DNA of 64,000 nt from a virus. The stretch lies in the IMG/VR virus record IMGVR_UViG_3300042475_004859, positions 3,147 through 67,146 of that record; one strand, written 5' to 3'. The notes beneath the pieces were generated by a model. That model searched no databases. It was not told where the DNA came from and was given only the letters and a program-made list of their open reading frames with translations. The translations under genes were made by a program, and so were the position numbers. Shown in pieces: positions 29,080 through 40,264 of the stretch (within the stretch, counting starts at the first letter, position 1; every line of letters begins with the position of its first letter).

Positions 29080-29751
29080 TTATGTATTATTCTCCTCGTT
29101 ATTCCCACCTTCTCCATTTTCAGATTCTTGAGCGCCTGCTTCTAAATCAGTTTTTATTGCAAGCAAATGCGTTAATCCCCCTTTAAAATAAGGGAATGGA
29201 GCTAAACACGGAACGCCACTTACGATAGATGGAACCAATAAAATATTTTCTTTTAAAATTTGAACAGGGTCATAAGCATCTGAATTACTGCTTTCTGATT
29301 CGTCACCACCAATACCATCTCCATTTTTATTACTATCATCGCTTAAATAACCTATTAAAACATAACATTTAAGTTGTCTTTTACCGTCTCGAACTTTAGT
29401 AACACGACCATTATTAAAATCATCTTGTGGCTCAATTTTATAAAAATATGGATAGTTTTTCCACCCATCTTCTGGAGCCGCTTCTCCTACAAACTCATTT
29501 TTTATAACTGCTTTTTTTGCTCCTAAATTCATTGCGACATCTATTTCAATATATATTTTTTGGTCTCTCTGCCAAGAAAAAGGGGTGTTTAAATTTTGTA
29601 TATTTAAAAATGAACCAGTTTCAAGACTATATGTAGAATAACAAACCCCATCACCAACATAAAATTCATTGTCAGCCTGTCCACTACTTTTAATAATCGG
29701 AAACGCAATTGGCTCCAAAGAAGATGGGAATGGTTGCTCAGGATATGGCAT
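29080..29751 (-). CDS. hypothetical protein, paralog of 28456..29073
   Basis: Same shared motifs as the adjacent gene. Confidence 0.7.
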   Translation of the reverse strand: MPYPEQPFPSSLEPIAFPIIKSSGQADNEFYVGDGVCYSTYSLETGSFLNIQNLNTPFSWQRDQKIYIEIDVAMNLGAKKAVIKNEFVGEAAPEDGWKNYPYFYKIEPQDDFNNGRVTKVRDGKRQLKCYVLIGYLSDDSNKNGDGIGGDESESSNSDAYDPVQILKENILLVPSIVSGVPCLAPFPYFKGGLTHLLAIKTDLEAGAQESENGEGGNNEENNT

Positions 29752-29762
29752 ATAAATTATAA

Positions 29763-30569
29763 TTACCCTACGCCAGTTATTCTAAAAATAATTCCAGAAA
29801 GACGGCTTGCTGTAGGGGCATTTAAATCTCTAATTACCAATTCTCCGACATCAATATTATCACTTTGAACCGCAAGAATGTTATTATAATTAATTTGAAT
29901 TTTTATAGGAATTCGTGACCTACCTAATTCTGCATTATGAGAATAATAGTAACCGTTAAAATAATTATTTGCTTTAAAATTTACCAAATCTTTTTTTGTA
30001 ACAAATCCAGTAGAGATATTCCAAATATCTTGAAAATTTCTTAAACCAACATAAGAATTAATATTTCCTTCTAAAAAGGCAGTACTGGCTAAAGAATAAT
30101 AAAAACCGGTAACATAAAATTTATTAGAATAATTCCCACTAAAAATTGGAGATACTAAATTTAAATTTTTTCTATTTAATGGGTATTGTGGTTTTTGTAA
30201 TATTGAATAAATATTTTTTCCACCTTCCAAAGTAGAGTTGCTAAAAAAAACATTATTATTATTAGAATTTAAAGTAATATTGTTTCCGCCATCTCCAGAA
30301 ATTAAAGATTTAATAATAAATTTATTATTATTTAAACTAAGGCTTACTTGGTAAGTATCTGAATTATTATTGATATTTTCAATAAAGGTGCCAGTAGAAT
30401 TAAAAAATTCAGTGCCATTAAATTCTGTTAGATCGGGATAATAATATATTTTGTTATCATTAATTACAATATAATCAAAATTATTAAATCCAGTGATATT
30501 AAAAGTCAACCATCCGGTAGCATTTTGATAACCAGTTGGAATTGGATAATATGGAACATTATATAACAT
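29763..30569 (-). CDS. hypothetical structural protein
   Basis: 268 aa, Asn-rich beta protein with many TG/SG dipeptides. Confidence 0.55.
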   Translation of the reverse strand: MLYNVPYYPIPTGYQNATGWLTFNITGFNNFDYIVINDNKIYYYPDLTEFNGTEFFNSTGTFIENINNNSDTYQVSLSLNNNKFIIKSLISGDGGNNITLNSNNNNVFFSNSTLEGGKNIYSILQKPQYPLNRKNLNLVSPIFSGNYSNKFYVTGFYYSLASTAFLEGNINSYVGLRNFQDIWNISTGFVTKKDLVNFKANNYFNGYYYSHNAELGRSRIPIKIQINYNNILAVQSDNIDVGELVIRDLNAPTASRLSGIIFRITGVG

Positions 30570-30573
30570 AATT

Positions 30574-33500
30574 TTAAAATGGCCTAATAAATGGGTTTAA
30601 ATTTGCTTCAAATACACCATTTTTAGCGAGACCGGTAACAATTCCAGATATATTATAAATACCTGTAACATTATATGCTTTATAAGGAGTATTTCTAAGA
30701 GTGGTAGTAACTAAAGAATCTTGAGTTACTTGGTAATAATCAACAGGGGTATTATATCTACCACCTACTAATAATTCTCTATTAATAACAGAAGGTTTTA
30801 CTATAATAGCAGATCCGCTTACAACTCCAGTTCTATATACATCTCCAGAGTTACAAAGATATTTTGTAAAAGATACTATTGTTGTTTCTGGGTCATAAAA
30901 ATAATAAGGTGTTTCATCAAAATTATAACATAATAGGCCAGAAAGATAAATTGTTTCATTTAAAGCCCCCACTCCACTTTCATCATATATATACCCAGAA
31001 ACTTTATTAAATTTAATCCATTTTTCATTATCTTCCACCTTTCTAATTAAAGGTACATTTTGAAATCTGTATGATCCAGATTCGTTTTTTGAATCTCCTG
31101 TTACATATATATCATAAATACCAGTAAATCTTAAAGGAGTTAATCCCGAAACGTCCACTAGATAATCTGCTCCCAATAAACATTCGGGAGCAGCAACGTG
31201 ACCACTAAAAGGTACGTTTAAAGCATCTGTAAAATTAATATTATGTATAAAAAATTTATTTTGTGGGTATAATGGTAATAATTCTTTTGGTCCAGTAGCC
31301 GTTCCACCTCCACGCTTTTCGCGTTTTTCCTGAGGCATAAAAAAGTTAATTAACCGAACTTTAAATTTTTTATATGACAGAAATAATAAATCTTCTCCAC
31401 ATAATAAATCAAGATTATCTTGGTTGTTATATGGGTCATTAAACCCTGCGTTTATCGAAAAATTAGAACCAGTTCTAATAATTGTAAATTCTGTAGGAAT
31501 AGGTGTCCGAGTATCTTGTTGAGTACGACCAGATGGCGCACAAGTAAAATAAGGACACTCTCCAACGTCTAAATCGTCACCAGTCATTTTTTTGCTATAA
31601 AAACCTTCTGGACATGCTATTGGAATTGGTTCTGGACATATAGTCTTTTGTAGAGATTCTGGTTCGGGTTTACACCAATAAACATTATCAACTTCAATAA
31701 TTTTGTTTCCAGATATTGCATATGGAGGACAATTATCGGGCCATATAAATTTTACTAAAGTTTCTTGTCTAACCGGAGGACAATAAATATTTTTTGTAGT
31801 ATTTGTTTCTTCAATTTTATTAAATTGAAATAAATCTCTATACGAACAAGTAGTTTGTAAAAAAGCTTCTAAGCCAAGTGGTTCTGGAGCCCCACTGCTT
31901 ACAAAACTATCTATTAGATTTTGACTAATAGTACCAGTAATAAATTGATCAAGTTTAACTGTAATTTTATCTGTAGGCAAAAGATTTTCATAATCTTCTT
32001 TAAAATCAATAACATCTAACGTTTCCCATAAATTCGTGCTACGATTTAAACCTTCTAAAACTATATTGTTTGGAATCAAATATCTAAATCCTTGGTAACC
32101 TTTAGGGCCTCTTAATGTTTTATCAAAAGTGAGTACTTCAAATTGATAAGATGTATCTAATATTGCGTTTACTGATTGAACAGCATTTCCGGTAGGTATT
32201 TTTTTTCCACCAGCATATTCCATTAACTCATTCTTTTTTGTAAGAAATTCATTTTTAATAGTGATTTGTGGTAAATTTCTATATGAAACAAAATCAATTC
32301 TATTATTTACATGGCTTAAAGGAAGACCATCTCCGGTTGTTCCTGTATTTTTCCAAAAACGCATTAAGGGTCCATTGATAAAAACCCCTGAAAATTCTCC
32401 ACTCGTACAAGGATATGGATACCACACAGGGTACGAAACGGGGTCATTTAATTTACTATTTAAGACATCAACAAGAGAATCTATCGAATTCCAATGATTC
32501 GGATAAGTTAGAGCAAACCCTGTAGAAGGGTATGGCGGGTTATTATTTTGATGCCATAGCTTATATGTTTTTGGAAAATCAAAATTGTATAAATTCCAAA
32601 TAATTTGTTCACCTGTTACCCATGTATTGTATAATAAATATCCAGAGACCGTAGTAAAATACAATTCTAAACCTACAGTTTCTAAAAGGTCAACAGCTGC
32701 CTCTGGAGGTCTACCTATAATATCTATATTTTCTTCTAATTTTTGTTTTAACCATTTTCTAAAATCGTCACTTTGAACATCTGTTCCGGTCCAACAAATT
32801 AAAGCTGTTTTCGGTTCAGGCTCGTCTATTTCTACGTCACAACCAATTTTAAATTTACAAACAGTTTGGAAAGAATCAAAATAATTTATTAAATTTTTAG
32901 ATATTTTGGGAGTAAATTTTCTAAGATATAAATCTACAGGGTCAACCAAACCCTGAGCGGCTTCTTCGAAAAAGATACCGCTAATACGCATATTTTCTAC
33001 AATATTGTAGGACCATGAAAATGCATTATTACTATTCATCAACCCCGTTAATTCATATTCCGCCCAAGATTCATCAAAAGCAAAAGTCGCTTTGAATCCA
33101 GTATTTTGATATTTAAACTGTTTAATAGTAACTTGTTGTTTCGTTCTATTATAATTAAGAATAGGGTCATAAGGTTTTTTAGTTGCGTATTCTATTAAGT
33201 AAGATGAATAACCAGACATTCCAGAACCCAGTCCACTAAAAATATTTTCTTCTAAACCAGCTGTTACAAAAAATTCAGTATCGTTTTTTAAATTTAATAT
33301 AGCTCCCGCTGTACTATTAGAAAAAAACTTGTTTGTGTAACCATATTGATTAAATATTCCACTATTCGAAACCCAAGAAAAATTATTATCAATAAGATCC
33401 CCTCTTTCACTTATGATTCTTATTTCCGTATCGTTAGTTCCGTAATAATTAGTAAGACAACCGGATTCTTCAATTGGGAATTCAGAAATCGAATTACTAC

Positions 33501-34311
33501 TACTGCTACTACTAAACAAATTACTACAATCGCTGATATTTGTTATAATGCCGTTTGCTACTTGATATGCTCTTCTTGGTGGGGGATTTAATACTGTTTG
33601 TTGCTCTAATACCGCATAAAAACCATCCGTAGCTAACTGGCAATTTTGATTTGAAAATAGATTACATCCGACATTAAGACCACACGATGCATCGTAATAT
33701 ACAACAACACGGATATCACTACCACATAAACCTTCTGGAGTATTTGAAAATTGCAAAGATCTAGCGGAAGACAATGTCGATAGACATGGACTCTGCGGAT
33801 CCGTGTCTACAAAAAACTCATATACCGTACCATTTTGTCCAACCATATTACCAGCGACAATCGATCCTGCAGAATTAATTTGCATCACCGTAAAAGGAAT
33901 GTTAAAAGTTAAAGTCGCAATAGCATTAGCTGCGGTGGACGTTCCGCTCCCTACAAAACGTCCGTTAGAATCAATAGTATAAAAATTATTTGAAGCATTA
34001 TTAAAAATTACTGATCCATTTGCAATTGCTGAATTTAAATTTAGCTGCACACCATCGAGCACAAAAGTAATAGGTTCTTGATTTTCGGTTGCATTTATGC
34101 GTAGTCGCGCACCGGCTATTTTTACAGACATACTATGAGTATGAATTTCACCTACGCCACCATTACTAATCCAAAATCCGTTAGTCAACCCCTCATAATT
34201 ATATCCAGCAACTAATGTATTATTTGATGTAGCTGTTGCAATAATTTGACCCTGTCCATTAGTACCTTGTATAGTCTGATTCGCTGAAATTATTTTAACA
34301 AAATTACTCAT
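30574..34311 (-). CDS. large modular putative virion protein
   Basis: 1245 aa; N-terminal beta domain, Cys module, short poly-Ser, then a TG/SG-rich body. Confidence 0.6.
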   Translation of the reverse strand: MSNFVKIISANQTIQGTNGQGQIIATATSNNTLVAGYNYEGLTNGFWISNGGVGEIHTHSMSVKIAGARLRINATENQEPITFVLDGVQLNLNSAIANGSVIFNNASNNFYTIDSNGRFVGSGTSTAANAIATLTFNIPFTVMQINSAGSIVAGNMVGQNGTVYEFFVDTDPQSPCLSTLSSARSLQFSNTPEGLCGSDIRVVVYYDASCGLNVGCNLFSNQNCQLATDGFYAVLEQQTVLNPPPRRAYQVANGIITNISDCSNLFSSSSSSNSISEFPIEESGCLTNYYGTNDTEIRIISERGDLIDNNFSWVSNSGIFNQYGYTNKFFSNSTAGAILNLKNDTEFFVTAGLEENIFSGLGSGMSGYSSYLIEYATKKPYDPILNYNRTKQQVTIKQFKYQNTGFKATFAFDESWAEYELTGLMNSNNAFSWSYNIVENMRISGIFFEEAAQGLVDPVDLYLRKFTPKISKNLINYFDSFQTVCKFKIGCDVEIDEPEPKTALICWTGTDVQSDDFRKWLKQKLEENIDIIGRPPEAAVDLLETVGLELYFTTVSGYLLYNTWVTGEQIIWNLYNFDFPKTYKLWHQNNNPPYPSTGFALTYPNHWNSIDSLVDVLNSKLNDPVSYPVWYPYPCTSGEFSGVFINGPLMRFWKNTGTTGDGLPLSHVNNRIDFVSYRNLPQITIKNEFLTKKNELMEYAGGKKIPTGNAVQSVNAILDTSYQFEVLTFDKTLRGPKGYQGFRYLIPNNIVLEGLNRSTNLWETLDVIDFKEDYENLLPTDKITVKLDQFITGTISQNLIDSFVSSGAPEPLGLEAFLQTTCSYRDLFQFNKIEETNTTKNIYCPPVRQETLVKFIWPDNCPPYAISGNKIIEVDNVYWCKPEPESLQKTICPEPIPIACPEGFYSKKMTGDDLDVGECPYFTCAPSGRTQQDTRTPIPTEFTIIRTGSNFSINAGFNDPYNNQDNLDLLCGEDLLFLSYKKFKVRLINFFMPQEKREKRGGGTATGPKELLPLYPQNKFFIHNINFTDALNVPFSGHVAAPECLLGADYLVDVSGLTPLRFTGIYDIYVTGDSKNESGSYRFQNVPLIRKVEDNEKWIKFNKVSGYIYDESGVGALNETIYLSGLLCYNFDETPYYFYDPETTIVSFTKYLCNSGDVYRTGVVSGSAIIVKPSVINRELLVGGRYNTPVDYYQVTQDSLVTTTLRNTPYKAYNVTGIYNISGIVTGLAKNGVFEANLNPFIRPF

Positions 34312-34513
34312 AAATTCCCTATCCCTTTATTATAATTTACACTAATTTTTTATAAATAATTTTTATTATAATTAAATTGTAATATTATATCTAAAACTTG
34401 CACCTTTATTCTCCTTTTACAGATTACACTAATTATTTAAATTATTTTTATATTTTAATTGAATAAATTTTTCTATAATTAACAGTTTTTAAAACCAAAA
34501 ACTAATAGATTAC

Positions 34514-35761
34514 TTAATAGACAATTACGGTACCAAGGGGGCTATTGAAATAAGTGCCTGTCGGTGTATTTGCTGGCCCTTCTTTTTTGTATGTCCAAGA
34601 ATCACCCCCTAGACATGGAGTTCCTCCAATAGTATTAGTATTAAATGATATATACCATTCAGCTAACCTAGTAGGAGAATTAAGTGCGGAAGAATCAATA
34701 GAATTGTATTCTATTTCAACTGGATTACCGCAACTATCAGCTCCAGACCAGTAACATGGACTTATACGTTCAACAATTACATTTTCATTAATAGAAGCTT
34801 CATAGTTGCCAATATTTTCGTAATTGAGTGCTACATTATAAGTACCAGAAAATTGGTCTTCTATTAAATTACTACCTTGTGTAAAAATTCCAGATCCACT
34901 AATTAAACAAGGGCCAATATTAATACTATTTTCGCTATCATTTAACGACCATAAGCTATTAATTACTTGTAATGTTAAATTTCCTGTTGCGTAAGCACTG
35001 CCAGTTTTGTTCATACTGCCCGTGAAATGACCTGACCAATTTACAGTAACGATATCTGGTAAATCTTGGGCATTATAATAGCTACCCAGTCCCAATCCTG
35101 GATACATGCAGCAAGAAAGTTCTTCCGTTCCACCCCCTCCGCCCCCTCCGCCCCCTCCGCCCCCTGAGGACGAACTACTAGATGAACTTGAAGAGTTGGG
35201 ACATCCTAATACTAAATTTATGGGCCCAATGTTCATACCAGTTATACGATAAACAGCATCTAAAAGAACAACTTCATTAGGATTAATTTGTGAAGGGATA
35301 CCGATATTAAGAATTAATACATTTTCTCCCAAAATAAAAGGTAAATTATTACCGCCTGGAGAAAGACTACCACCATAACCATCTATGAAACTTACCCCTA
35401 CCATATTTAACCCTTGTTGCAAGCCAAAGAAGCTAATACTATTTCCTGGACCAATAGAATATCTTTTTGCGTTAGAAGTAAAACCTGATACTATTTGACT
35501 ATTACCCTGACTAGCTCCTAAAAATTGCCATTTATTTATATCGCAAGATGGTATAGAAGAACTTGAAGAGCTCGAGGAGCTCGAGGAACTTGAAGAACTA
35601 GAGGAGCTCGAAGAGGAAGGTGGTGGCGGACATTGACTACTACTACTACTACTACTTATAGGGGTCCCTTCACAAGAACAATTATTTAATAGGTCAAAAT
35701 ATTTTCTTTGACCAGGTGGTTGAAAAGATTCGCAAATTCCAAATCTAATAAATTCACTCAT
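34514..35761 (-). CDS. modular Cys-containing protein with poly-Ser and poly-Gly linkers
   Basis: Three Ser tracts and a Gly12 tract separate small domains; ends LGTVIVY. Confidence 0.6.
   Translation of the reverse strand: MSEFIRFGICESFQPPGQRKYFDLLNNCSCEGTPISSSSSSSQCPPPPSSSSSSSSSSSSSSSSSSSSSIPSCDINKWQFLGASQGNSQIVSGFTSNAKRYSIGPGNSISFFGLQQGLNMVGVSFIDGYGGSLSPGGNNLPFILGENVLILNIGIPSQINPNEVVLLDAVYRITGMNIGPINLVLGCPNSSSSSSSSSSGGGGGGGGGGGGTEELSCCMYPGLGLGSYYNAQDLPDIVTVNWSGHFTGSMNKTGSAYATGNLTLQVINSLWSLNDSENSINIGPCLISGSGIFTQGSNLIEDQFSGTYNVALNYENIGNYEASINENVIVERISPCYWSGADSCGNPVEIEYNSIDSSALNSPTRLAEWYISFNTNTIGGTPCLGGDSWTYKKEGPANTPTGTYFNSPLGTVIVY
35129..35164 (-). repeat. 9-nt repeat (GGGGGCGGA) encoding Gly12
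   Basis: Directly visible as ccccctccg repeats on the + strand. Confidence 0.85.
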
Positions 35762-35771
35762 TTTAAAATAA

Positions 35772-38700
35772 TTAAATAAGATTGAAAGGACATGTACCTA
35801 TTTGTTTAACTATGTAAGCATTGAAAGGTCTCCAAATACCATACCCAAATGTTATATAATATATTGTACGAGAAGCTACCGTTCCATCTCCAGTATCAAT
35901 ATAATAACCTTGGTCAAGATACACTTCATTTGTACTTGTTGGATGCGCATAAATATAAGCACCAGAATATAGACCACCTACAGGACCATAAATAGTTTTT
36001 ACCGCTGGCGGGTTCTCCGGTTTTACTGGTATTGTTGGTAAACAACAATCACTTGGCGAATAAGAAGCAATATCCAGCCATAAAAGATTATAAGGTTGCC
36101 TATTTAATCCTGGATCTGGAACATAAGGATCAATAAAGATCGAATTTATCTCTCGAGAGTAAAAACTATCCCCATATTGACCCACAACTTTATATCGTGC
36201 ATAATAACGTTTACCAGCTTCAAATAAAGATTTAGGAATGTTAATATATATAGTACAAGCTGATCCTCCGCAGCTAGTATTAGTACCGTTAGAAGTAATT
36301 AAAAAATTGTTAAAACCTGGAAGATATTCTTTATAAAAACCATCTGAAGAAATATCCACTTTAATTGTTTGTACTCCTACCGGTAAAGTAACAGATACAG
36401 ATATTTTTGTTGTATCTATAACATCATTAGGATCCCATCCATTACCAAAATTAAAATAAGGTTGATTACTTGGAGTGGTAGGAATGGTTCCGACAGTCAA
36501 AACTGTAGAATAAGGACTATTACCAGCCCTATTAACCGCTCTAACTCTTACATAATATAACTGATTTGAACTTAAATTATTAAGAGTAATACTATTATTA
36601 AAAGCTTGGCTATTAAAAATAGTTGAACCTTGAGCAAAACTACTACTAGTACTATAATCTACTAAATAACGTTTTGCATTAGAGACAGGAGACCATTTGA
36701 GAAGTATTGTATTTGATTCGACCCCCAAAGCTTTTAATCCTGTAGGGGTCGAAGGCGCTGAAGTAGGATTATTAATTAATGGCTTTGTTGATTCATAATT
36801 ATTTTTTATTAAAGCAATTTTATTAGCCATTTCGTCATTAAAAGTAGTAAAATTGCCACCAATAAATAAACTATCACTAGTCTTATTTTTACTAATGGTA
36901 TTTATAGGATTATTTGTTCCGTAAACAGTCATGGGAACATGAAATGGGTAAAATGTATTATCAATAAAACCTTGTGGAGTTATTGCAACAATATTTTTAA
37001 CATTTTCAGTTCTTATGTAAAGAGCGGCACTTCCATATTGGGAAAAGAATCCACCAATTACGACAGATGAATGATTATCATCAATAAAAATTTTATTTAC
37101 TAATCCGTTAATACCAGGTTGATAGCCAATTCTTGAATCTGGGGATTCTAATTGACCATTTTGTGTGAGTTTAACTATACCCCTATAAAACGAAGCTGAC
37201 CCATATGAAGTAAAATTACCACCGACATAAATAAAATTATCAGATGTATTAGTTAAAGTATTAACTGGGCCGGTAAACCCACCCTGTAAACAAGTATTGC
37301 ATTTCCAAAAAGTGTTATCTGCAGAACCATCTGATAAAAGACGACCAATCTGAGTCCATCCACCCCAAGAACCGCCAACTAATAAAATTTTATCATCTTG
37401 TAATTTAATATCATTAATAAATCCATTTACTGAAACATATGGTAAAAATGTAGAATCAACAGAACCATCAGAATTTAACCTAATAATATTACCATAACGA
37501 AAACGTCCATAATTAAACTTTCCACCAACTAAAACTTTTCCGTTTGGCTGCAAAGCTAAACTTAATATCATAGACGTAGTAGTACTATTGCCGGGGTCAA
37601 AGTCCGGTGGCCTGAAGGTGTGATCTATAGTTCCATTTGGGTTAAGACGAGCAATTCCTGGACGGGGGGTTCCGTCAACCATAAAAAATCTTCCGACAAT
37701 ATAAAGTTTATTTATTGTATCATCATATATCATTGATTCAATTTGGCCATTAGTTCCAAAACGTCCAAAACTTAAGTCTACTTCTCCATCAGGGAATAAC
37801 TTAACTAAATTTGAAAATTCTTGACCGTTTACGGCGCGGAAAAGTCCACCCACATAAATATTTCCTTGTTGATCCGTATCAAGAGCACTAACATAACCCG
37901 GACCGTTAGGAATGTAATTAGACGCAAAATAAGGAGATACAAAACCAGTTATATGCTCACCCCTATTTAAAAAGGTTCTAAATGATAATGGGCTTGAATT
38001 AAGACTTGTAAAAGTTGGGAATACAGACCTTACTCTCGCATAGTAACTAGAATCAATATCTAATCCACTAACAATTCCAGAAAATGTGGTAAACGTCCTA
38101 TTATTTATAATAAGATCTGTAAAATTAGAATTGGTAGATACATCCATGGAATAACTAGATGCATTATTTACTGGATCCCATAATAGAAAAGCAGCTCTAG
38201 AGGAAACCCCACTAACTCTAAAGTTAGACGGAATTGTACTATTTACATAGACATTCGTAGCGCCAACATCTGTATTTACAGTATCATCTTTGGAATTACC
38301 AACAAAAACTACTAATCCATCATCTGTCATTTCAAGACCTCCAGCGCTAATACCATATGTATTTGGAGAATTATAATTCCCATAAGACCCCATCATTCTT
38401 TGTACGTAAGACCAACCATTATTAGCATTTCCTTGGTATATAAATGAAGTTGGAGTATTTCCGCCTTGACCATAGTTTGTCGCCGCAACGGATATAACAC
38501 TACCATCAAAATTTGTACTAACAGAGTCTCCAAAATAAAAAGTCGGACTTTCTGTAATTTTTTGTCTAAAAGTCCATCCATTATTTGGATCTCCATTAAA
38601 AATAGTTACTGCTCCCGCGCTTGGAGAAGATTGAGAATCTGTTTGAGATCCAACTACAAAAATATTTCCATTTTTACTAAATTTTACGCTATGACCAAAT

Positions 38701-40190
38701 TTGTCACCAGCCGTATCTGATAATAATTTTTGTTTTAAAGACCATCCGTTAGTACTATTTCCAGTAAATAAAAATGCAGCTCCAGCGTCTTGTCCATTTG
38801 TAGAATCTTTGATAGCTCCTACACCTATAATGGAACCATCATTATTCATGGAAACACTCCATCCTAATTCAGTAATATTTGGTACCGTATCAGCTAAAAC
38901 TTGTTTCTCTACCCACCCAGCATTTTTATTTCCAGTAAAGATTTTTATAACCCCACCTCTTAAATTTCCATTAATGTTCAAAAGACCCCCATAATTGGCA
39001 CCCCCTGGGGTTCCGACAGCAAGTATTGTTCCTTGGTCATTTATAGCGATACTTTTTCCAAAATAAGCAAAACCAAAAGTAGTTCCTTCTTGGGAGACTG
39101 GATAGCTTAAATCTTGTTTAAGGGACCATCCATTATTTTTATCTCCAACATATACACGAACACCGCCTGAGGTTCCATCTAAATGCCCACCCATCATTAT
39201 TACAGTTCCATCACTATTGGTCGCAACGCTTGATCCATATCTACTACCATCATTTTTTCCTAAGAGTCTTTGTTTTAATGACCAGCCATTAGTTTTATTT
39301 CCAGTGAATACTAATGCAGCTCCAACCTTATTTCCTTGAGTGTCATCATCTGGACCGCCAAGGATAACTACAGTACCATCAGAATTTGTAGCAACGCTTG
39401 TTCCCCACTCATCATGACCTAAAAATCCACCTTCATAAAACGGATTATCATCACTAGTATTTCCTAATATTTTTTCTTTAAATACCCATGGATCAAGATT
39501 ATTAGGACTACTACTACTACTACTACTACTGCTTGATGATGGCTCTCCTCCACCACAATCAAATTTATTAATAATAACACCATTAACAACTTGATAAATT
39601 TTATTAAGATTTGCAGGTCCTACATACCATTGATAATAACCATTTGGAGCGGGCGACGGGTTTACAACATTACTTCCATAAAAATTACACCCGACTGGAA
39701 AACCAGCTGAATAACAAGCATTAGTAAAGGATATGCTTACTATTGAGCCGGTATTACAAGTAATCGGAGTATTTGTATAATAATAAGCATTTGATCCAAT
39801 AAGATTTAATGACGAAGATGACGAAGATGAGGAAGATGAGGAAGACGAAGACGAAGATGAGGACGAAGATGAGGAAGAAGACGAAGAACTAGATGTTGAA
39901 ATCAATTGACCATTAGGGCCCAATCTTGCAAAATTATTTACTAATGGAATATTATTATAAGTGTTAAAATTACCGCCTACCAGTATATCATTATTAGATT
40001 CAATAAAAACTGAATTAACAGAGTTGTTAAAACCATTACCTATATTAAAGGTTGTATCTATTGTTAAATTGTTATTTAAACGTATAATTCTATTATAATT
40101 TTGACCCAAATATTGTGTAAAGTCCCCCCCAACGAGAATTTTCCCGTCAGACTGTTTTGCTACGGCTCTAACAACATTATTAAAATACAT
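35772..40190 (-). CDS. adhesin-like putative virion protein: delta-60 blades, FG-GAP-like propeller, FN3 domains
   Basis: QSDGKILVGGDF and RLNPNGTIDHTF repeats; FTGN..NGW.LKQ repeats; YYARVRS/YYVRVRA FN3 ends; two poly-Ser tracts. Confidence 0.75.
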   Translation of the reverse strand: MYFNNVVRAVAKQSDGKILVGGDFTQYLGQNYNRIIRLNNNLTIDTTFNIGNGFNNSVNSVFIESNNDILVGGNFNTYNNIPLVNNFARLGPNGQLISTSSSSSSSSSSSSSSSSSSSSSSSSSSSSLNLIGSNAYYYTNTPITCNTGSIVSISFTNACYSAGFPVGCNFYGSNVVNPSPAPNGYYQWYVGPANLNKIYQVVNGVIINKFDCGGGEPSSSSSSSSSSSPNNLDPWVFKEKILGNTSDDNPFYEGGFLGHDEWGTSVATNSDGTVVILGGPDDDTQGNKVGAALVFTGNKTNGWSLKQRLLGKNDGSRYGSSVATNSDGTVIMMGGHLDGTSGGVRVYVGDKNNGWSLKQDLSYPVSQEGTTFGFAYFGKSIAINDQGTILAVGTPGGANYGGLLNINGNLRGGVIKIFTGNKNAGWVEKQVLADTVPNITELGWSVSMNNDGSIIGVGAIKDSTNGQDAGAAFLFTGNSTNGWSLKQKLLSDTAGDKFGHSVKFSKNGNIFVVGSQTDSQSSPSAGAVTIFNGDPNNGWTFRQKITESPTFYFGDSVSTNFDGSVISVAATNYGQGGNTPTSFIYQGNANNGWSYVQRMMGSYGNYNSPNTYGISAGGLEMTDDGLVVFVGNSKDDTVNTDVGATNVYVNSTIPSNFRVSGVSSRAAFLLWDPVNNASSYSMDVSTNSNFTDLIINNRTFTTFSGIVSGLDIDSSYYARVRSVFPTFTSLNSSPLSFRTFLNRGEHITGFVSPYFASNYIPNGPGYVSALDTDQQGNIYVGGLFRAVNGQEFSNLVKLFPDGEVDLSFGRFGTNGQIESMIYDDTINKLYIVGRFFMVDGTPRPGIARLNPNGTIDHTFRPPDFDPGNSTTTSMILSLALQPNGKVLVGGKFNYGRFRYGNIIRLNSDGSVDSTFLPYVSVNGFINDIKLQDDKILLVGGSWGGWTQIGRLLSDGSADNTFWKCNTCLQGGFTGPVNTLTNTSDNFIYVGGNFTSYGSASFYRGIVKLTQNGQLESPDSRIGYQPGINGLVNKIFIDDNHSSVVIGGFFSQYGSAALYIRTENVKNIVAITPQGFIDNTFYPFHVPMTVYGTNNPINTISKNKTSDSLFIGGNFTTFNDEMANKIALIKNNYESTKPLINNPTSAPSTPTGLKALGVESNTILLKWSPVSNAKRYLVDYSTSSSFAQGSTIFNSQAFNNSITLNNLSSNQLYYVRVRAVNRAGNSPYSTVLTVGTIPTTPSNQPYFNFGNGWDPNDVIDTTKISVSVTLPVGVQTIKVDISSDGFYKEYLPGFNNFLITSNGTNTSCGGSACTIYINIPKSLFEAGKRYYARYKVVGQYGDSFYSREINSIFIDPYVPDPGLNRQPYNLLWLDIASYSPSDCCLPTIPVKPENPPAVKTIYGPVGGLYSGAYIYAHPTSTNEVYLDQGYYIDTGDGTVASRTIYYITFGYGIWRPFNAYIVKQIGTCPFNLI
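39810..39893 (-). repeat. poly-Ser tract (28 codons, almost all TCN)
   Basis: gaagac/gaagat/gaggaa units on the + strand. Confidence 0.85.
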
Positions 40191-40264
40191 ACCTGGATAG
40201 ATTTACACTTTTTAAAGGCTTATCAACAAAATAATTATACTTCTAACCCCCATCACTAAATTAT

